Positions 12,379 through 26,900 are shown, counted from the whole stretch's first letter. The stretch is 63,453 nucleotides of DNA, filler included, from Choristocarpus tenellus KU-1152 (GCA_964200185.2; 9 parts of 9 records of this genome joined end to end with filler, not necessarily neighbours in it), one strand, 5' to 3'. The notes: generated by a model not told the origin, from the sequence alone. A program made the numbers and translations.

Positions 12379-14018
12379 GAGCAAACATCGTGTTGCCATC
12401 GTGTGGGTGCATAGCAGGAATAAACAACCCCCTCCCCCCCCATACATACGGAGGTGTTGACCTTGCAGAATTGTTTAGTAGGCTTCCAGAAAGATTGTTG
12501 CAAAAAGCAGACAACCATGCTCCAGTGTTTGATACCTAAGTTAAGCCTCTGGATGGTTCACTGCAATAGACATGCCACTTCCTCTTCGTGAACCTGTGGG
12601 CGGGTTTTCCTTCCAATACATATCCAGTTCCACAGCTGTACACAAGGGTGTCTCTCCCATTCATTACATCCCCCTTGCCTCTGCAACTCCATGACTCCTG
12701 TAGCTCTGCTGGAGTAATTCATATTTTTGGTTTCGAATTTGACATGTAGGTATCAAGAACTAGATGAGAATCAAAGCATTTTATTGGGTAGTGGACACAT
12801 CCGTTCGGGATAAAAAATACAATGTTGTGATCTTGATGGATTTTGGCATTCATGTTTGTTAGCAAAATTGTCAATATCCTATATACATAGGGTCGAAGTA
12901 TTTGGGACCTCTCAATAACTTCAAAAATCGCATTTGCATCCNNNNNNNNNNNNNNNNNNNNNNNNNNNNNNNNNNNNNNNNNNNNTTAATTAATTAANNN
13001 NNNNNNNNNNNNNNNNNNNNNNNNNNNNNNNNNNNNNNNNNGGCTTGGCGCGGGGTGGGGGTGGTGGTGGGGGGGGGGGTGGTGGGGGGGGGGGGGGGGG
13101 GGGGGGGTGGGGGGAGGGGGGGGTATGTACTTGTGCATAATATGTGATATCATTCTCAACAACTTTGAGTTATGGCACATACTTATGTGTGTCTGTGTGT
13201 GTATGCATGTGCCTAATATTACTTTCGAGGTGAGGAAAAAAAAAAGGCACATAATTAAAAAGAAAAAATGAAAATTATAGATTCAGAAAGTTTTTTTGAG
13301 GATTGTGTGTATCTATGAATAATTCATCTGTTTTTCAATGCTTGAGCACAAAAATACTAAAGAGTGATGGAGAGAAAAAAATACTACTTAAAGAGTGATG
13401 GAGAAGTGCCTCCACACCAAAAACCCCTATGCTGTAAAAGAGACTTCCAACTCCAAAAAACAAAACGCGCTAATAATGATTATACTTTCTAAGTAATAAA
13501 TATCGATGACAACAGAATATCAGCTTAGGGTTAGGGTTGTGTTGGAAGTGTGAATTCGTTAGTGTTCAAAAACAGTAAAAAATAACATTGGTAACCTTTT
13601 GTATTGTGGAACTATTGATACTAATAGTTGATGTGTTGTGTGGGCGTATCTCTGGTCAAAACCCATCCCAAACCCTAAATACACATAGACACCGGAGGCG
13701 ATAACGTGATGCCAATGCCAATATTATATTTTCTTCACTTGTGTGAGTCGGTTACATCCCGAGGCGATGAAAAAGGGGATGAGACTGAGGTAGTACAAAT
13801 ATTTATTTTTATTTTTATTTTGGAGGTACCTCCCTCACATTCCCTTCAGAGAAGAAAGAAAAAATGTTTTTTCTTCTAAGCTATCTTTTCTACGATGGCT
13901 TTGAGACCCCTCAGAATATGTAGGAATTAAAAAAAAAAAGAAGCATATGCATAGTGTGTTGAGTCGGAAGGGTCGGCGAGGATGGTCAGTCAATTACTGA
14001 GACTCCGCTGTTCCAAGC

Positions 14019-14293
14019 GAGTGAAAGTAACTTAGGGTTAGGGTACGAGTTTTTTGCCCTGTTTGTCCGTTTGGGGCTTGACTTCCCACGTATTTTGTGA
14101 TGACATTTTACCTAGTCTGAAATGTTTGGGAGTGGGTAAAATAAAAATATACGTTATGAAAAGATGTGTCTGGAACAGGGATGTTGACACTTGCTAACAA
14201 ACACGATAGCCAAAATTACATCAAAATCGCAGCATTGGATTTTGACCCCCGAAACGGACGTGACTCTACCCTCTAAGGTACTTTGTTTGGCTC
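14019..14293 (-). mobile_element. MITE family A copy (reverse orientation)
   Basis: GAGTGAAAGTAACTTAGGGTTAGGGTACG ... TACCCTCTAAGGTACTTTG...GGCTC. Internal sequence is the reverse complement of 10737-10994. Confidence 0.8.
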
Positions 14294-17200
14294 ACCTGGC
14301 CAGACAGTCGTTTCTCAACGTTTGACAACTGTTCCGGAAAATAATCGAATTTGATTGGCTCAATAACTCCCTGTGTAGTAGCTCAATTAGAATCGACCCG
14401 CATGTTCAGCGAATAATGCCTCTAATATTAGGAAACTCAGTAGAGTGCGTATTATGCATCTTTGCAAAGAGGAAGTAATACATCAAGTTCTAATGGTCGA
14501 TTTCTGATATCGATTACGTCCTGTACAGTTTGATGAATTGCTGCAATTAACAACAAATACTAGTTACGACATATTAGGGGAATGTGTTGGCACTAATGAA
14601 ACGCGAGGTCTTTTCCGCCAATGGGATGGCCTGTATGTTGCATTTGACCAAAGGAATGTATTTCATTTGTGTTGCAATGTCCTCTACTTCTATGCAGTTA
14701 CTACTACTACTGTATTATTACTCAGGGACCACTATACTCCCCCCCCCCCACGCGCCTACTACCCTCCCCTGAGTTGTTTACTGATATGGTAGAAAGTGGT
14801 CAGAGTATGTGTAGAAAGTTTTGCTGTGGAGAGGAGTATCTAGCTTCTGTGATTGAGCCCTTGATATGATATGTGTCCAATATTTGCCTCTTAGAAATTA
14901 TATGAAAGCCTCTAATATGATGTTACATATTTTGTTATTATTACACTTCTTGATTGTTCCATGCTTTTATTTAAAAAAAAATACAGTTCGTCTGTGGTCT
15001 CAAAAGTAGTCCATTTCCATATACAAAGTCATAATACCAAATCAAAACGTCATGTTAAAAAAAAGAAGAATTCGTAGTTCAGTATCTGATCCTTTATCAA
15101 GTTGCACATTGAATTTCAACACAAGGCTTAAGAATTTTAGCAGTGGCACTGAGTGTACAAATTTTAATGATCGGTTTTCGACCGTTTATTTGCAATTGTA
15201 AAATAACTTCTCAACACAAAAAAAACAGAAAATTTATACATGTAGTAGTAAATGTCCTTGGCAACAATTGAGCTCACATTGCTACCAAAGCTTGTGACAG
15301 TCACAGAGCTGAGACAAGAACCCCTCGAAATTGTGAAGACCAGTCTACTACTGCAGAGGTAGCAGGCTCTATTTCATGGGCTGGGGTATAGTAATCGCAC
15401 AGGAGCTCAGTCTCAATCACGATGTACCAATGATCTGAGTTCAACCCTTTTAAAAGTTAGTCCCCTCTCCCCTCCTCCAAAGTACTCTTGGGGGGGGGGG
15501 GGGGGGGGGGGGGCCCCCCCCCCCCACCCACCCCCCCGCCCGCGTTGTTAGTGTTGTGGATGNNNNNNNNNNCACCAACGACCCTCCTCGCCTTACGGCT
15601 ACTCCTACCCTTTCATTTGCCTTTCCCCCCCCCTCCCCTGACCGCCGGCGGGGGGGGGGGGGGGGGGGGGGGGGTGGCAACATTCCCACAACAACTGACA
15701 CTTCTTGCAGTAGTATTAGTAGTGTTAGTACTAGTATTGTAGTAGTAATTGATAGTGTTTAATATTATAGTTTTTCAACCGCCACAGCTATCATTAGATC
15801 TATGAACTTGATGTTACAAAAATACCTATGGTTCTCACAAAGTACAACTCTCTAAACAGCCCTCTAACCCTAAATGAACACTCACGTGTGCATATGGCCA
15901 CACAGGCATGTACATCCAATCTCCAGCATTGGGCTCCCCCAACCCACAACTCCAAGTAAGTGGGGTGTGCAGCATGTACGTGGGGCATGTGTGTATGTCC
16001 TTTTGATGGTGGGAGGGGGTGGGAAGGGGTAGGGTAGGGAGAGGCTATCTTGTTTCGGGGAGTGGAGAAGGGAGTGAGGGATTATTAGTTTTGTTTTTTT
16101 ATGTGTCAACAAATGTAGTGGTGCTGGTGGGTCTACTGGTGGCTTGTTGTTGATTCTGATCACCTTGATTCTGATCTTGCCATGTAGCTTGTTGCTAGGT
16201 TGAGGGTGCTGTATGTATGTATGGAAGCAGCATCATAGATGCTGCCTTAGAGAGCAGAAGGGGAGGGGGGGGGGGGAGTCTTCTGGTTGTACAGTGGTGC
16301 ACTTTTGCAATGAATAGAAGTGTAGTACTTATCAACAAGAATTTCTTTTTTTTGTGTAGGAAAAAATGGACAAGCCGACTGAGCTCTTGATGGGGTCATG
16401 AAGGAGGAAACTGAGATGGAACGTTTAGTAGCTCTTTAGTAGCATATTAGAGAGCGGTGAATAAGAGTCCAAGTGCAGTTTGAAGTACATTCTATAATGG
16501 TGGAGCTGCAAGAAGGGAGAGGCCATTGAGGGAGAGCACATTTCCCCTGCCTGTAGTGTGTATGTTTGTGCGTGAGAGTGTCTCTGCAGCTGTGTGGTGT
16601 GTGTCAAGCTATTGTGAAGGGTGTAATGCTTGCGTTGATCTGGCTGTGTTTTATGTATTGTGGGCTGGGGACTGAAGAAATGTACGGTATGTTTGAATGG
16701 AGTCTTTGCTTGAACTGGACTGGAGCAACTGGGAATGTGCAGGTTAAGTCAGAGTACATGACAATCTGTTACATTTTTTCCTCTTTATCAAAGTCCATTG
16801 TTGCTCAGAGCCTGTTTACTCATTGCTCGAACAGTTTTCTGAGGTATACATAACAGGGTTTTGGGGGGTATTGTCATAGAAACTGGGCAGAGAGTACTTG
16901 ATGCAACAAAGATCGATCGATATGAATGCCTTCCCTGAGCCCTCTCTCTCTCTTCTTACCTATCTCTCTAGGGCAACCGGAAGAGTACTTTGTTATCATT
17001 GGCCGAGAACATGAGTTTGTTAGAGAGGAGAGTCCAGATATTTCATACCAAGAGGCATATGAACAAACAAACAAAAAACGCACAGGGTAAAAAGCCCACC
17101 GTGAACCTTCAGTATGCTTAAGAGTAGAAGTTATAAGTAGTACTAATGCACCTACATACCAGAGGAAAATAATGTGTTCAATGCCAGTGGTAGGACACTC

Positions 17201-18476
17201 CAGAGTTGTTTGTTGGATGGTTGGGCAGAGTATTACTACAATGAATGCGTTAGCAAAGCTGGAATGTGGGGGTGCCAGTCAGAGAGTTGAGAGGGTGAAA
17301 AAGATTCTATCCATACTTCCTGAAAGGGGGAGAGTGGGCTAAGAGTATGTTGCCCACCCTGTCTGATTATGCAATATCAGAAAAAAAAACATTTTGTAGC
17401 TATTTTTTCAATTCCTGCCCATCTTTGCCCTCTTGGGTATATCAGACTTCAATCGAAATTTTTGAGTTCAGGATTGTTGGAAGTACTTTATGTAGTACAC
17501 TTTAGTCAGCCCTAGAGTAAACGAGTAAGTGATGGTTTTATCATTTATCCACTGAGAATCTGGGCTCTGGGTCCTCGATCCAGTAGGCACACAAACACCC
17601 ATACAACATTTTTCAGCAACTCTCCTGCGAGCTGGAGTAGTTGTATTAGTACTGGTTGTTGTTACGTTCAAGAACATGCAAACATCTGCACCCCATCTGA
17701 CGTAGTCTGAATCTCACAACAAGGACCACCTACATCCTTCAAATAACAAGAAATAAGAACAACAGTGGAAAGTGGGTTGGGGTGCTGGTGGAGGTTGGAT
17801 AGCTAAATTAATGTTTGCAAGGAGATTGGGAGAGAGGGGTGTAGATTTACTTTTATTTCATCCCCCCCAAAAAGTTAGTCTTGGGTAAGTATGTGGTGTG
17901 TACACTGATGGCAACTGGTATGCTGGTAAGGCAAGGCAGAGCTGCTGCAGCTCATTCATTCCCTTTAGTTTTGAGTAAGAAAATGGCAACTGATTGTACT
18001 ACTTCAAACTAGAAAATAATGGTGGGTAGTGTTCATGACTTGTTTCATTGAAGGGAGGGGGGGGGATCACATTCGAGTACCAAATTGTTGCAAGTAAGAT
18101 CTTATTACTATATTAGAAAATTGATTTTTGTTTCCAGCCTTTTGTGAAGCATACACCACTCTACATACAGCTGTATGCAGAGTACTTCTCAAAGTTTTCC
18201 CTCCAGATTTCTACAGGATAGTACCATGGCAATTCACACAAGGAGAAGTACTCCTTACAACAATGCATCTCAAAGCAGATCACATTTCGACTCACTAAGA
18301 GTCTCTATCTTTCCCGAAAGGTGTGTCTACCACTAAGTGTCACACCCATGACCCCCCCCCCCCATGCACACCCCTCNNNNNNNNNNNNNNNNNNNNNNNN
18401 NNNNNNNNNNNNNNNNNNNNTTAATTAATTAANNNNNNNNNNNNNNNNNNNNNNNNNNNNNNNNNNNNNNNNNNNN

Positions 18477-18645
18477 GTCTATATCAGGGTGTCCACTTGA
18501 ACCAAAATCAGGAAAAGTGCATTTACATTATCCATCCGATATATGCAACCAAATCCACAAAACACAAAAACACAAAAAAAAAAACGCGATATGAAAAATT
18601 GACCCCAAATGGACAGCCACCACTCCCCCCAGATACTTTTGAGCC
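18477..18645 (-). mobile_element. MITE family B copy (truncated by contig end)
   Basis: Reverse complement of 42839-43012; ends CCCCCCAGATACTTTTGAGCC. Confidence 0.75.
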
Positions 18646-19435
18646 ATTGTAATAAAAGGTAAATATGGAATGGGGTATTATGTACATTTATGTATATATG
18701 TATATTATGTATATTATGTATGCCTTGATCTCACTGCACAAATAGGAGACAAAAAAAATAAAAATTCAAATAGTTGAATTGAGTGAGGACGAGGTGTGAC
18801 AAATAATGCCGATGAACAAAATAAGGTATACCTCAGACTGCACAAAAATAACAAAAAAAAAATAACACGTTCAAATAACGGTTGGCTAGAGGATGAGATT
18901 TGATCACCAATGCTCTACCCCCTATAAAAATTCTGGGAACGAAAGAGTTAAATCAACAATTAAAAAAACTACAATAAAAAATAGTTGCGAGATTGTGAGG
19001 GTAGCGGACACGCTAAGAAGGACATCAAACCGCACAAATCGGTGACATCATCAGTCAGCTACTCCTCGCACTATGCCTAATGATTTTTAAAAAACAAAAT
19101 AATAAATAATAAATAATAAATTGAAAATAATAGATTAACAACTGAAAACTGAAAACTGAAAGATTAAAATTAAAAATAATAGATTAACAACTGAAAACTG
19201 AAATATTAAAAATTAAAAAGAAAGAAATAAAAAAGTTGGCGCCACTGCTTCTACAGTAACAGTACCGTCATCATAACCTTTTTTTTTTCGAAGTGTACGG
19301 TGAGCAATGCAAGCAATAACTTACAAGAATAACTTACAAGAAATACATCCAACAATAACTTACAAACACCATTCCAAAAAAATATATACTCTTCAGACCA
19401 GTCCCAGGTTTCTCACAAACAAAAAAGTGAACATA

Positions 19436-19479
<44 letters not shown>

Positions 19480-19641
19480 GACACGATCCAATTACGGACA
19501 CGCCTACAACACCCTACAAAAACTTCAAAGGTGCACAGATTCAGATCCCACCTCATACTAAAACAGCTCTTTTGAAGGGGGGGGAGAGGTAGGTAAGATG
19601 AAATTCGAGTCCCTGTTTCTCCGAGCAAACACCTAACTCAC

Positions 19642-22600
19642 CGCCTGGGAGTACGCCTTGAGAGCTCGTTGAAGGTCTGTCAGTTCATGCAACTTTGCAA
19701 AGAAGGAAGCCAGGTGAGCGTTTCCCAGAACATACCAAGATTTCGAGTCAGAGAGGCCCATTGCAACCGCCTCCTTTGCCCTGAGGAGACTCTCCTGCAT
19801 CACCCGTGTGTACAAGAGAAGAGCAGGTTACACTCAACGCCTCTTTTGATTGAACACCCCCGATAAACCAATTAACGCCCCACAACATCGAAGGCGTTCT
19901 TCAAAGCATAACGCCTTCTCTTTCCGGACAAAATGCATGCCTCCAATAACCTTCGAATGCACCTACAGCAGCAGTACTACTGTTGTAGTATATGGAGGCA
20001 TTATTACCTGGGATCCAGCGCAGCAGTCAACTCTTGTACTTCAATTAATACTACAACTAGGGCTTGTGCGCCGCAAAGGGCATTCAACCAATCAACAGAA
20101 GCCGCTAGCAAAACAGGCAGGCATTCAACCAATCAACAGAAGTCGCTAACAAAACAGGCAGGCATTCAACCAATCAACAGAAGCCGCTAGCAAAACAGGC
20201 AGGCATTCAACCAATCAACAGAAGCCGCTAACAAAACAAGCAGGCATTCAACCAATCAACAGAAGTCGCTAACAAAACAGGCAGGCATTCAACCAATCAA
20301 CAGAAGCCGCTAGCAAAACAGGCAAGCATTCAACCAATCAACAGAAGCCGCTAGCAAAACAGGCAGGCATTCAACCAATCAACAGAAGCCGCTAGCAAAA
20401 CAGGCAGGCATTCAACCAATCAACAGAAGTCGCTAGCAAAACAGGCAGTCACGTGCATATTAAAATAACGGCCAACACCTTTGCTTCAAAATATTTCTGT
20501 TCAATATCATCATGTAGTACTGCAACTCTACATACTGTTCAATATCATCATGTAGTACTGCAACTCTACATACTGTTCAATATCATCATATAGTACTGCA
20601 ACTCTACATACTGTTCAATACCGGTGTAGATCAATCGATACATTTGATACACTTGATACTATTAAGACACACTCGGATTGTACCTTTGACTGACACTAAT
20701 TTGACTGACACTAACACAAAGAAGAAAGAGTACATCAAATATATAAATGAGAACAAAAAGAGGAACCGTACCTTTGACCGACACTAACGAAATTGCTAAG
20801 AAATTTTTTCAAGACAAGAGTAGGAACCCTGCCTCTTGTTGCTACCAGAACACATCACAAAAGCAGCAACAACACACACTTGTACTTGTACTTGTACTTG
20901 TACTTGTACTTGTACTTGTACTTGTACTTGTACTTGTACTTGTACTTGTACTCTTACTCGTACTCGTACTCATACTTGTACTCGTACTTGTACTTGTACT
21001 TATACTTGTACTCGTACTCATACTTGTACTTGTACTTGTACTTGTACTTATACTTATACTTGTACTCATACTTGTACTTGTACTTGTACTGGTGCTTTGT
21101 ACTTGTACTTGTACTGGTGCTTTGTACTTGTACAAGTACCATCACATCCAAGACCAAACAACTACGTACGAAAACACTGGGAACCACAACTAAAAATAAC
21201 TAAAAACAACTGGGAACAACCCCTAAATCTATTTCAGACCTCGAGGTGCTTCACCATCTCCTCAGGAGTACCCTTCAGCTGTCGCAGCAGCATGGAGAGC
21301 TGTCTCAGCGAATCCCTGTTCCTTTGCTGCATTAACAAACACCATACAGAGGTGGGAGAACAACATGAACAACATGAACATGAACAACATAACAAAAATT
21401 CAAAACAAGGGTAGTGACCGCTTTCGAGAATCAATAACCCTAACCCTAACCCTAACCCTAACCCTAACCCTAACCCTCAGCGCAAAATCGGCAATAATAA
21501 AAAAAAGGAAAATCATCACAAACTGTGTAACCCTAACCATTCTAATAGCAACATAAACATACGCATACACAGCACCATAGAAGGGGGACAAAAAAAATGG
21601 GATAGGGTAAGAGCACACTGTGGTGGCGGCGACAGTTACACTTTGTCGCTAACGAACATTCTACAAAAAAAAAAAGCGCAGGAGGTTCTGCATCAATTCG
21701 GAAAGAATCAGCGATCCATTGGGTTAGGGTTAGGGTTAGGGTTAGGGTTAGGGTTAGGAATAACAAAAAAGAAAAACAAAAGAGTGTTGTGCCATCGCGT
21801 TGCAATTTTGGTACACAAACGCCCTCATATTACAATCTACAGAGTTCTAAAAAACAAATCCCCCGGGGTGTGTTCAACTGCTTTTGTTTCAGTATTTTAT
21901 TTTTTATACTCTCCTCGCTAGCAGAAAAAAAACAAGTTTTCTGGGGGTTTTTTTTAATGTGGTGACACGAAAACCGGGTTTCAAACGCGCATCCAAATCC
22001 AGGGTTAGGATTCAAAATCGGTTTTTTTCAATGCAATGCATTGGAGAAGGTCCTCAATACATAAAGTTCCAAGAGTCTTTCAATGATCCACTGGACCGCG
22101 CACTCCCTTAAGAGTCCAAATTATAACGAAGGTGCAAAGGCACAAAAAATAAAAATAAAAATAAAATTTTAGATATAAATTTTATTTTATTTTATTTTAT
22201 TTTATTTTATTAAAACTAAATAAAATTAAAATAACATGTTTGAATAGCGCGCAGCGCCGCACGGAACGAAAATAAAATACTATTCATATTTTTTAATACA
22301 TACACTTTTTTTTATCGAAGGAAAAAAAAAAAAAAAAAAATGTACAACATCTTCTTCGAGCTTGGTCACACACCACACATTTCGAAGGGCAAGTAGGCCC
22401 CGCCCCGGGCCAGGCCTGCCGGATCATCTCGCCCCCGATCCTCAAGGCCTTTCTTATTAAAAAAAAAAACTTCTTTGTCTCCTTTCCCATCGAGAATCTA
22501 CTTACCACATTCCCCCGTACGCTTATTATTATTGCTATTATTATTACTATTATTATTACTATTATTATTAATATTATTATTACTATTACTATTACTATTA

Positions 22601-23388
22601 TTATTAATAATATTATTATTAATATTAATAATATTATTATTAATAATAATATTATTGGCGAGACGCGGCCGCAACCCCATCACACACACTACAAAACCCA
22701 AATCATCAACAGCAAAGGCAATAGAAAGCACACTACAGAGTCAGCATTACAGGAACCGAGACAAAATAATAATAATAATAAATAATAAAAAAATTAAAAA
22801 CAAGAAATGCAAGCCGGTTTGCAGTCAGAGCTGTTCGTGCTGAGATGAGAAAAGAGGACGCAAGGCAAGAAACCGCATATATACAGTTACAGAGAAGGAG
22901 GAGGAGGAGGAGGAGGAGGAGGGTTGGACGGGACGGATGGGACGGATGGGATGGATGGGAGGCGACTTGGGAGCAGGCATTGAGCCCTGAGCCTCCAGGT
23001 GTAGGAGGGGAAAAGGTGGCAAACTGGGGCACTACAGTGAGTCGATAGATATACTTTTCATACTATCTATCTACCGTATACGGGGGGAACCCCAGTGGAA
23101 CACGATGAACACGATGAACACGATGAACACGATGAACACGATGAACACGATGAACACGATGAACACGATGAACACGATGAACACGATGAACACGATGAAC
23201 ACGATGAACACGATGAACACGATCTCCCTACCATTTCCCACCAAAAAAAGGATGGTTCTTCCATGGATACCATCTCTTCTGTTGCCATTACCGTGTAATA
23301 ATAATAATAGTAATAATAATAGTAATAATAATAATAATAACAATAATAGTAATAATAGTAATAATAATAATAGTAATAGTAATAATAC

Positions 23389-23425
<37 letters not shown>

Positions 23426-23478
23426 AATAGTAATAATAATAATAACAATAATAATAATAGTAATAATAATAATGATAT

Positions 23479-23509
<31 letters not shown>

Positions 23510-23706
23510 AAGAATTGATTATCTACTTGTCGTGACTGCACCTTGTCCAGTGCGTGGAGGAAGCACTTCCGTGCACCTTGGAGGTCTCTCTTCTTCCAGA
23601 GGCAGTGTCCAAGGCCATTCCAAGAGTCCACGTCCAACGGGTTCAGCTTCACCTGGTGTTATCGACGCCACCAGGGGAGTAAGAAATAAACAAACAAGAC
23701 TCAATG

Positions 23707-23753
<47 letters not shown>

Positions 23754-23905
23754 AAATTATTGGCGGTGTGTATCAACAACAAGTGTATCAACAACAAGTG
23801 TATCAACAACAAGTGTATCAACAACAAGTGTATCAACAACAAGTGTATCAACAACAATGTACTCTGGTGTTGTCACCTTTTAGCTTGAGTCCACCCTTGT
23901 GCTTC

Positions 23906-23940
<35 letters not shown>

Positions 23941-26900
23941 TAATAATAATAATAATAACAATAACGGACGTCCAACACAAAACATCACCAGCAACCAAGG
24001 AGACGTCCCATCACAGTGAAAAAATCTCTTTGCCCCTCCCCCACTATTATTGACTGCACTGCACTCCTCTCCTTGCAAGCACTACTCTCACCGCTCTGGC
24101 CATGCACTTCTCGGCCTCCTCGCTGTACTCATTGAACACGTCTAGAGCTCGTCCCCTGGAGACCATTGCGCACCCCCCCCAAAAAAAAAAAAAAAAAAAA
24201 ATAAATTTTTTAAATATAAAAAATAATAAAAATAAAAAAAATAAAAAAAAAAAAAAAAAAAATAATATAAATAATAATGATAATAGTAAAACCAACAATA
24301 ATACTAATAGTAAAAAATATAATAATGATAGGGTTGGGGATAGTTGGAGACTGCACATACTCGTACCAAAACTAATTAATTGACCAACTAATTAATTAAC
24401 CAATTAGTTAATTAACCAATTAATTAATTAACCATGTAGGTTTACAAGAACAGTGGAAGTGTGCAGCAATGGTCTTGGGCATGGGGGATGTAGGAAGAAG
24501 AGTGACCTCCAGCCTACAGTGAAATGACCACACCACATCACCAAAAAACATACTGACAGTCTAAAGGTTTCAGGCATACACTCAAGCAGTTTCACTAGGG
24601 GAAGAAGGGGGCTATATATATATATATATGTATTATCATGTATTCTGTAATATGTATGTATCATGTAATGTGTATTTATGTATGTATATATTACCCATGT
24701 ATTATGTATCATGTATTACGTGTGTATGTATGTATATATTACACATGTATTATGTAAGAAGATGAGGCACACCCCGAGAACATCTGAATTAATCTCTATT
24801 CCGCTACATCAGTTCGCCTCATTGGAAACACAACTACTACAAAGAGTTTGAAGCAAAAGCTATTAATTAACAACACAGGGTACTCATAGGTGTGATTGAC
24901 TTGATGCTGCAGGGAAAATATATATATATATATAAACCAGCTCTTGATTGCAATCAGCAGTGTTGGGTTTGGCGAGATCAGTGTCGCTCAAGCTAGAAAT
25001 GCCTGTGCAGGTATGTGGAAATCCTCCATTCTTTTTTGGGCATGGTGCTGTAACACTAATAAATCAAATACCGGTGTCACTTTAGTCTGATATCTACGGG
25101 TATCACGGACAGGGGAAGCTTAAGCTTGCAAGGGGATGGTCAAGTGTTTCACAAGTGGGCACATACATATACCTCGGGGGGGGGGGGTTGCAAATGAAAG
25201 GCGTGTGTAATTGGCCATGACAGAGACCATTCGAGAAAAACTGATTAAGGAACGAATGTGAATGGCCTTGATAAATGATGTCACACAATCAGTTACAAGC
25301 ATCAAATCATCAAATCACCAAGAAGCCCTTCGTCCTTCGAGCCAAGACTTGGAGCTCATAGCCATGTCGTTTCTAATCACACATTAGCAGTCTTGGCAGT
25401 TTGATAACAGGTCTTGTGCTACAAAAGGGCATTGAAGAGGTAAAAAATGCAAGTTTCAAATGCCGTTTCTGCATTGTCAGGGAACCTAATGGGATGCAGT
25501 GACTTTAGACACAGTGCGATGCTAGTGACACCAATGTGTCACCCCTTGCCCTTCAACAGCATCTATAACCCTAACCCTACATTGTCAAAGCGTGCTATAT
25601 ACATGGCATGCCCAAGGAGAATCCCAGAGACAAACATGCCTGTACTGAGGTGAACGACAGGGAATGCAAGATTCAAGTTAGCTGTAACGCATTTGTGTGC
25701 ACTGTCCATTTTCAGGAACAAATCGTACAGCTAGAAGTGGGCACACCTAAATAAAGACAACTGCAGAGGATAAAGCCCAAACCTCCTAACCAGCATTGGC
25801 ATGAATTCCACAAGCTCAGCCCGATCCCATAAACCATTGAAAATCAATCCCTACACAAGAGGACAGATTGCTGCAAGCGATATAATCCTCCATCGTTTGT
25901 GGGGTCGTCGCGTAATCGGTTGTGTCGAAGTTGTATCCGTGGGCACAAGGTTTTACCACTACCAGTACATTTTATGCGTGACAAAAAAGAGGATCGGCCA
26001 CATCATCCACAATTCATATGTGCCGGTGTCCTTGTGATTGAGTCAAATTTGAGGATTGATGATTCAGGACGAAACACAAACAAGAAGGTCGACACCTACC
26101 TCAAGTAGGAGATACGCGCACGCTGTTGAGTGCTCAGTCCATCTCCGACCAGGGACAGGGCAGACATCACCTTGTCAGAAGATTCAGTCAAAAGCCTCTG
26201 CAGTCGAAGCGAGAGGAAGGTTTAAGGCAACTACAACGCTGTGGTGTTAACAGTGCCGGTGGTCGAGTGGTCATCAACGTAGAGTAGGGAGGGCACTGCT
26301 CTACCAGTGAGCTACTTTAATTCAACTCCTCACTTCTTTCAACCCACGAAATTGCTAGGTGGGATATGGAAGCAGCAGTGGCGTAGCGAACAATAGTGGT
26401 AGTGACTAGCGTAGTGCGGATACGTCTTAGTCTTGGCAAAATGGGCAAGGGTAATTTGCACGAAGTTGTACTCCTTTTCTACCAAGGATATTTGAAGGGG
26501 TTCTTGTGGTGGGTGATACTCATGTTCGCAATTCCTCCTTCGTCAACTTCGACCAGAAAAACATTCCTCGGATAACTTTCTCGGATGAAACATAGTATGA
26601 ACCGACTGTGTGGTCGGGCATATCAACATCGGGTCCTTGCAGGCAACTACATTCCCAACAACTCTGACCAGAGACAAAGCGGGACTGTGACATCGTAAGA
26701 CTTTTTGAGAGCCATGCCACCCACAGAGAAGAAAACAGCTGTCCCAGTCGCAGAAATCACCTTCTTTTCATTCTTATCCGAGCTATAAAAACTGTCGTGA
26801 ATATCATACAGTGCAGCTAACTCCATCTCTGCTTTCTCAATTGGCCTAGATCCCACATCCACTTCTTCTGCTGCCCCTGCCCCTGTGTCAGCCATCTCCG

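Noticed and set aside
15488-15676. Long G/C homopolymer runs as G-quadruplex or hairpin elements (also 13060-13125 and 53225-53267)
   Set aside because: They lie next to gaps, where base calls and run lengths are unreliable.
16360-17090. Exon-like segments in contig 13042-18376
   Set aside because: Acceptor-like sites exist, but the frames are ambiguous or interrupted and no homology was recognised.
20080-20448. CRISPR-like array (also 54775-54945, 55653-55823 and 56603-56925)
   Set aside because: Units are contiguous tandem copies without unique spacers, no cas genes are present, and they sit in eukaryotic introns.
20747-24383. Long ORFs of poly-L, poly-N, LV, TC or HDE repeats (also 4277-4858 and 55766-56238)
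   Set aside because: These are translations of microsatellites. Only the embedded short exons are credible coding sequence.
24554-24594. Candidate extra TTC5 exon (KLLECMPETFRLS)
   Set aside because: It is phase-incompatible, and exon 26197-26100 already joins exon 24155 to give the expected YLRGRAL motif.
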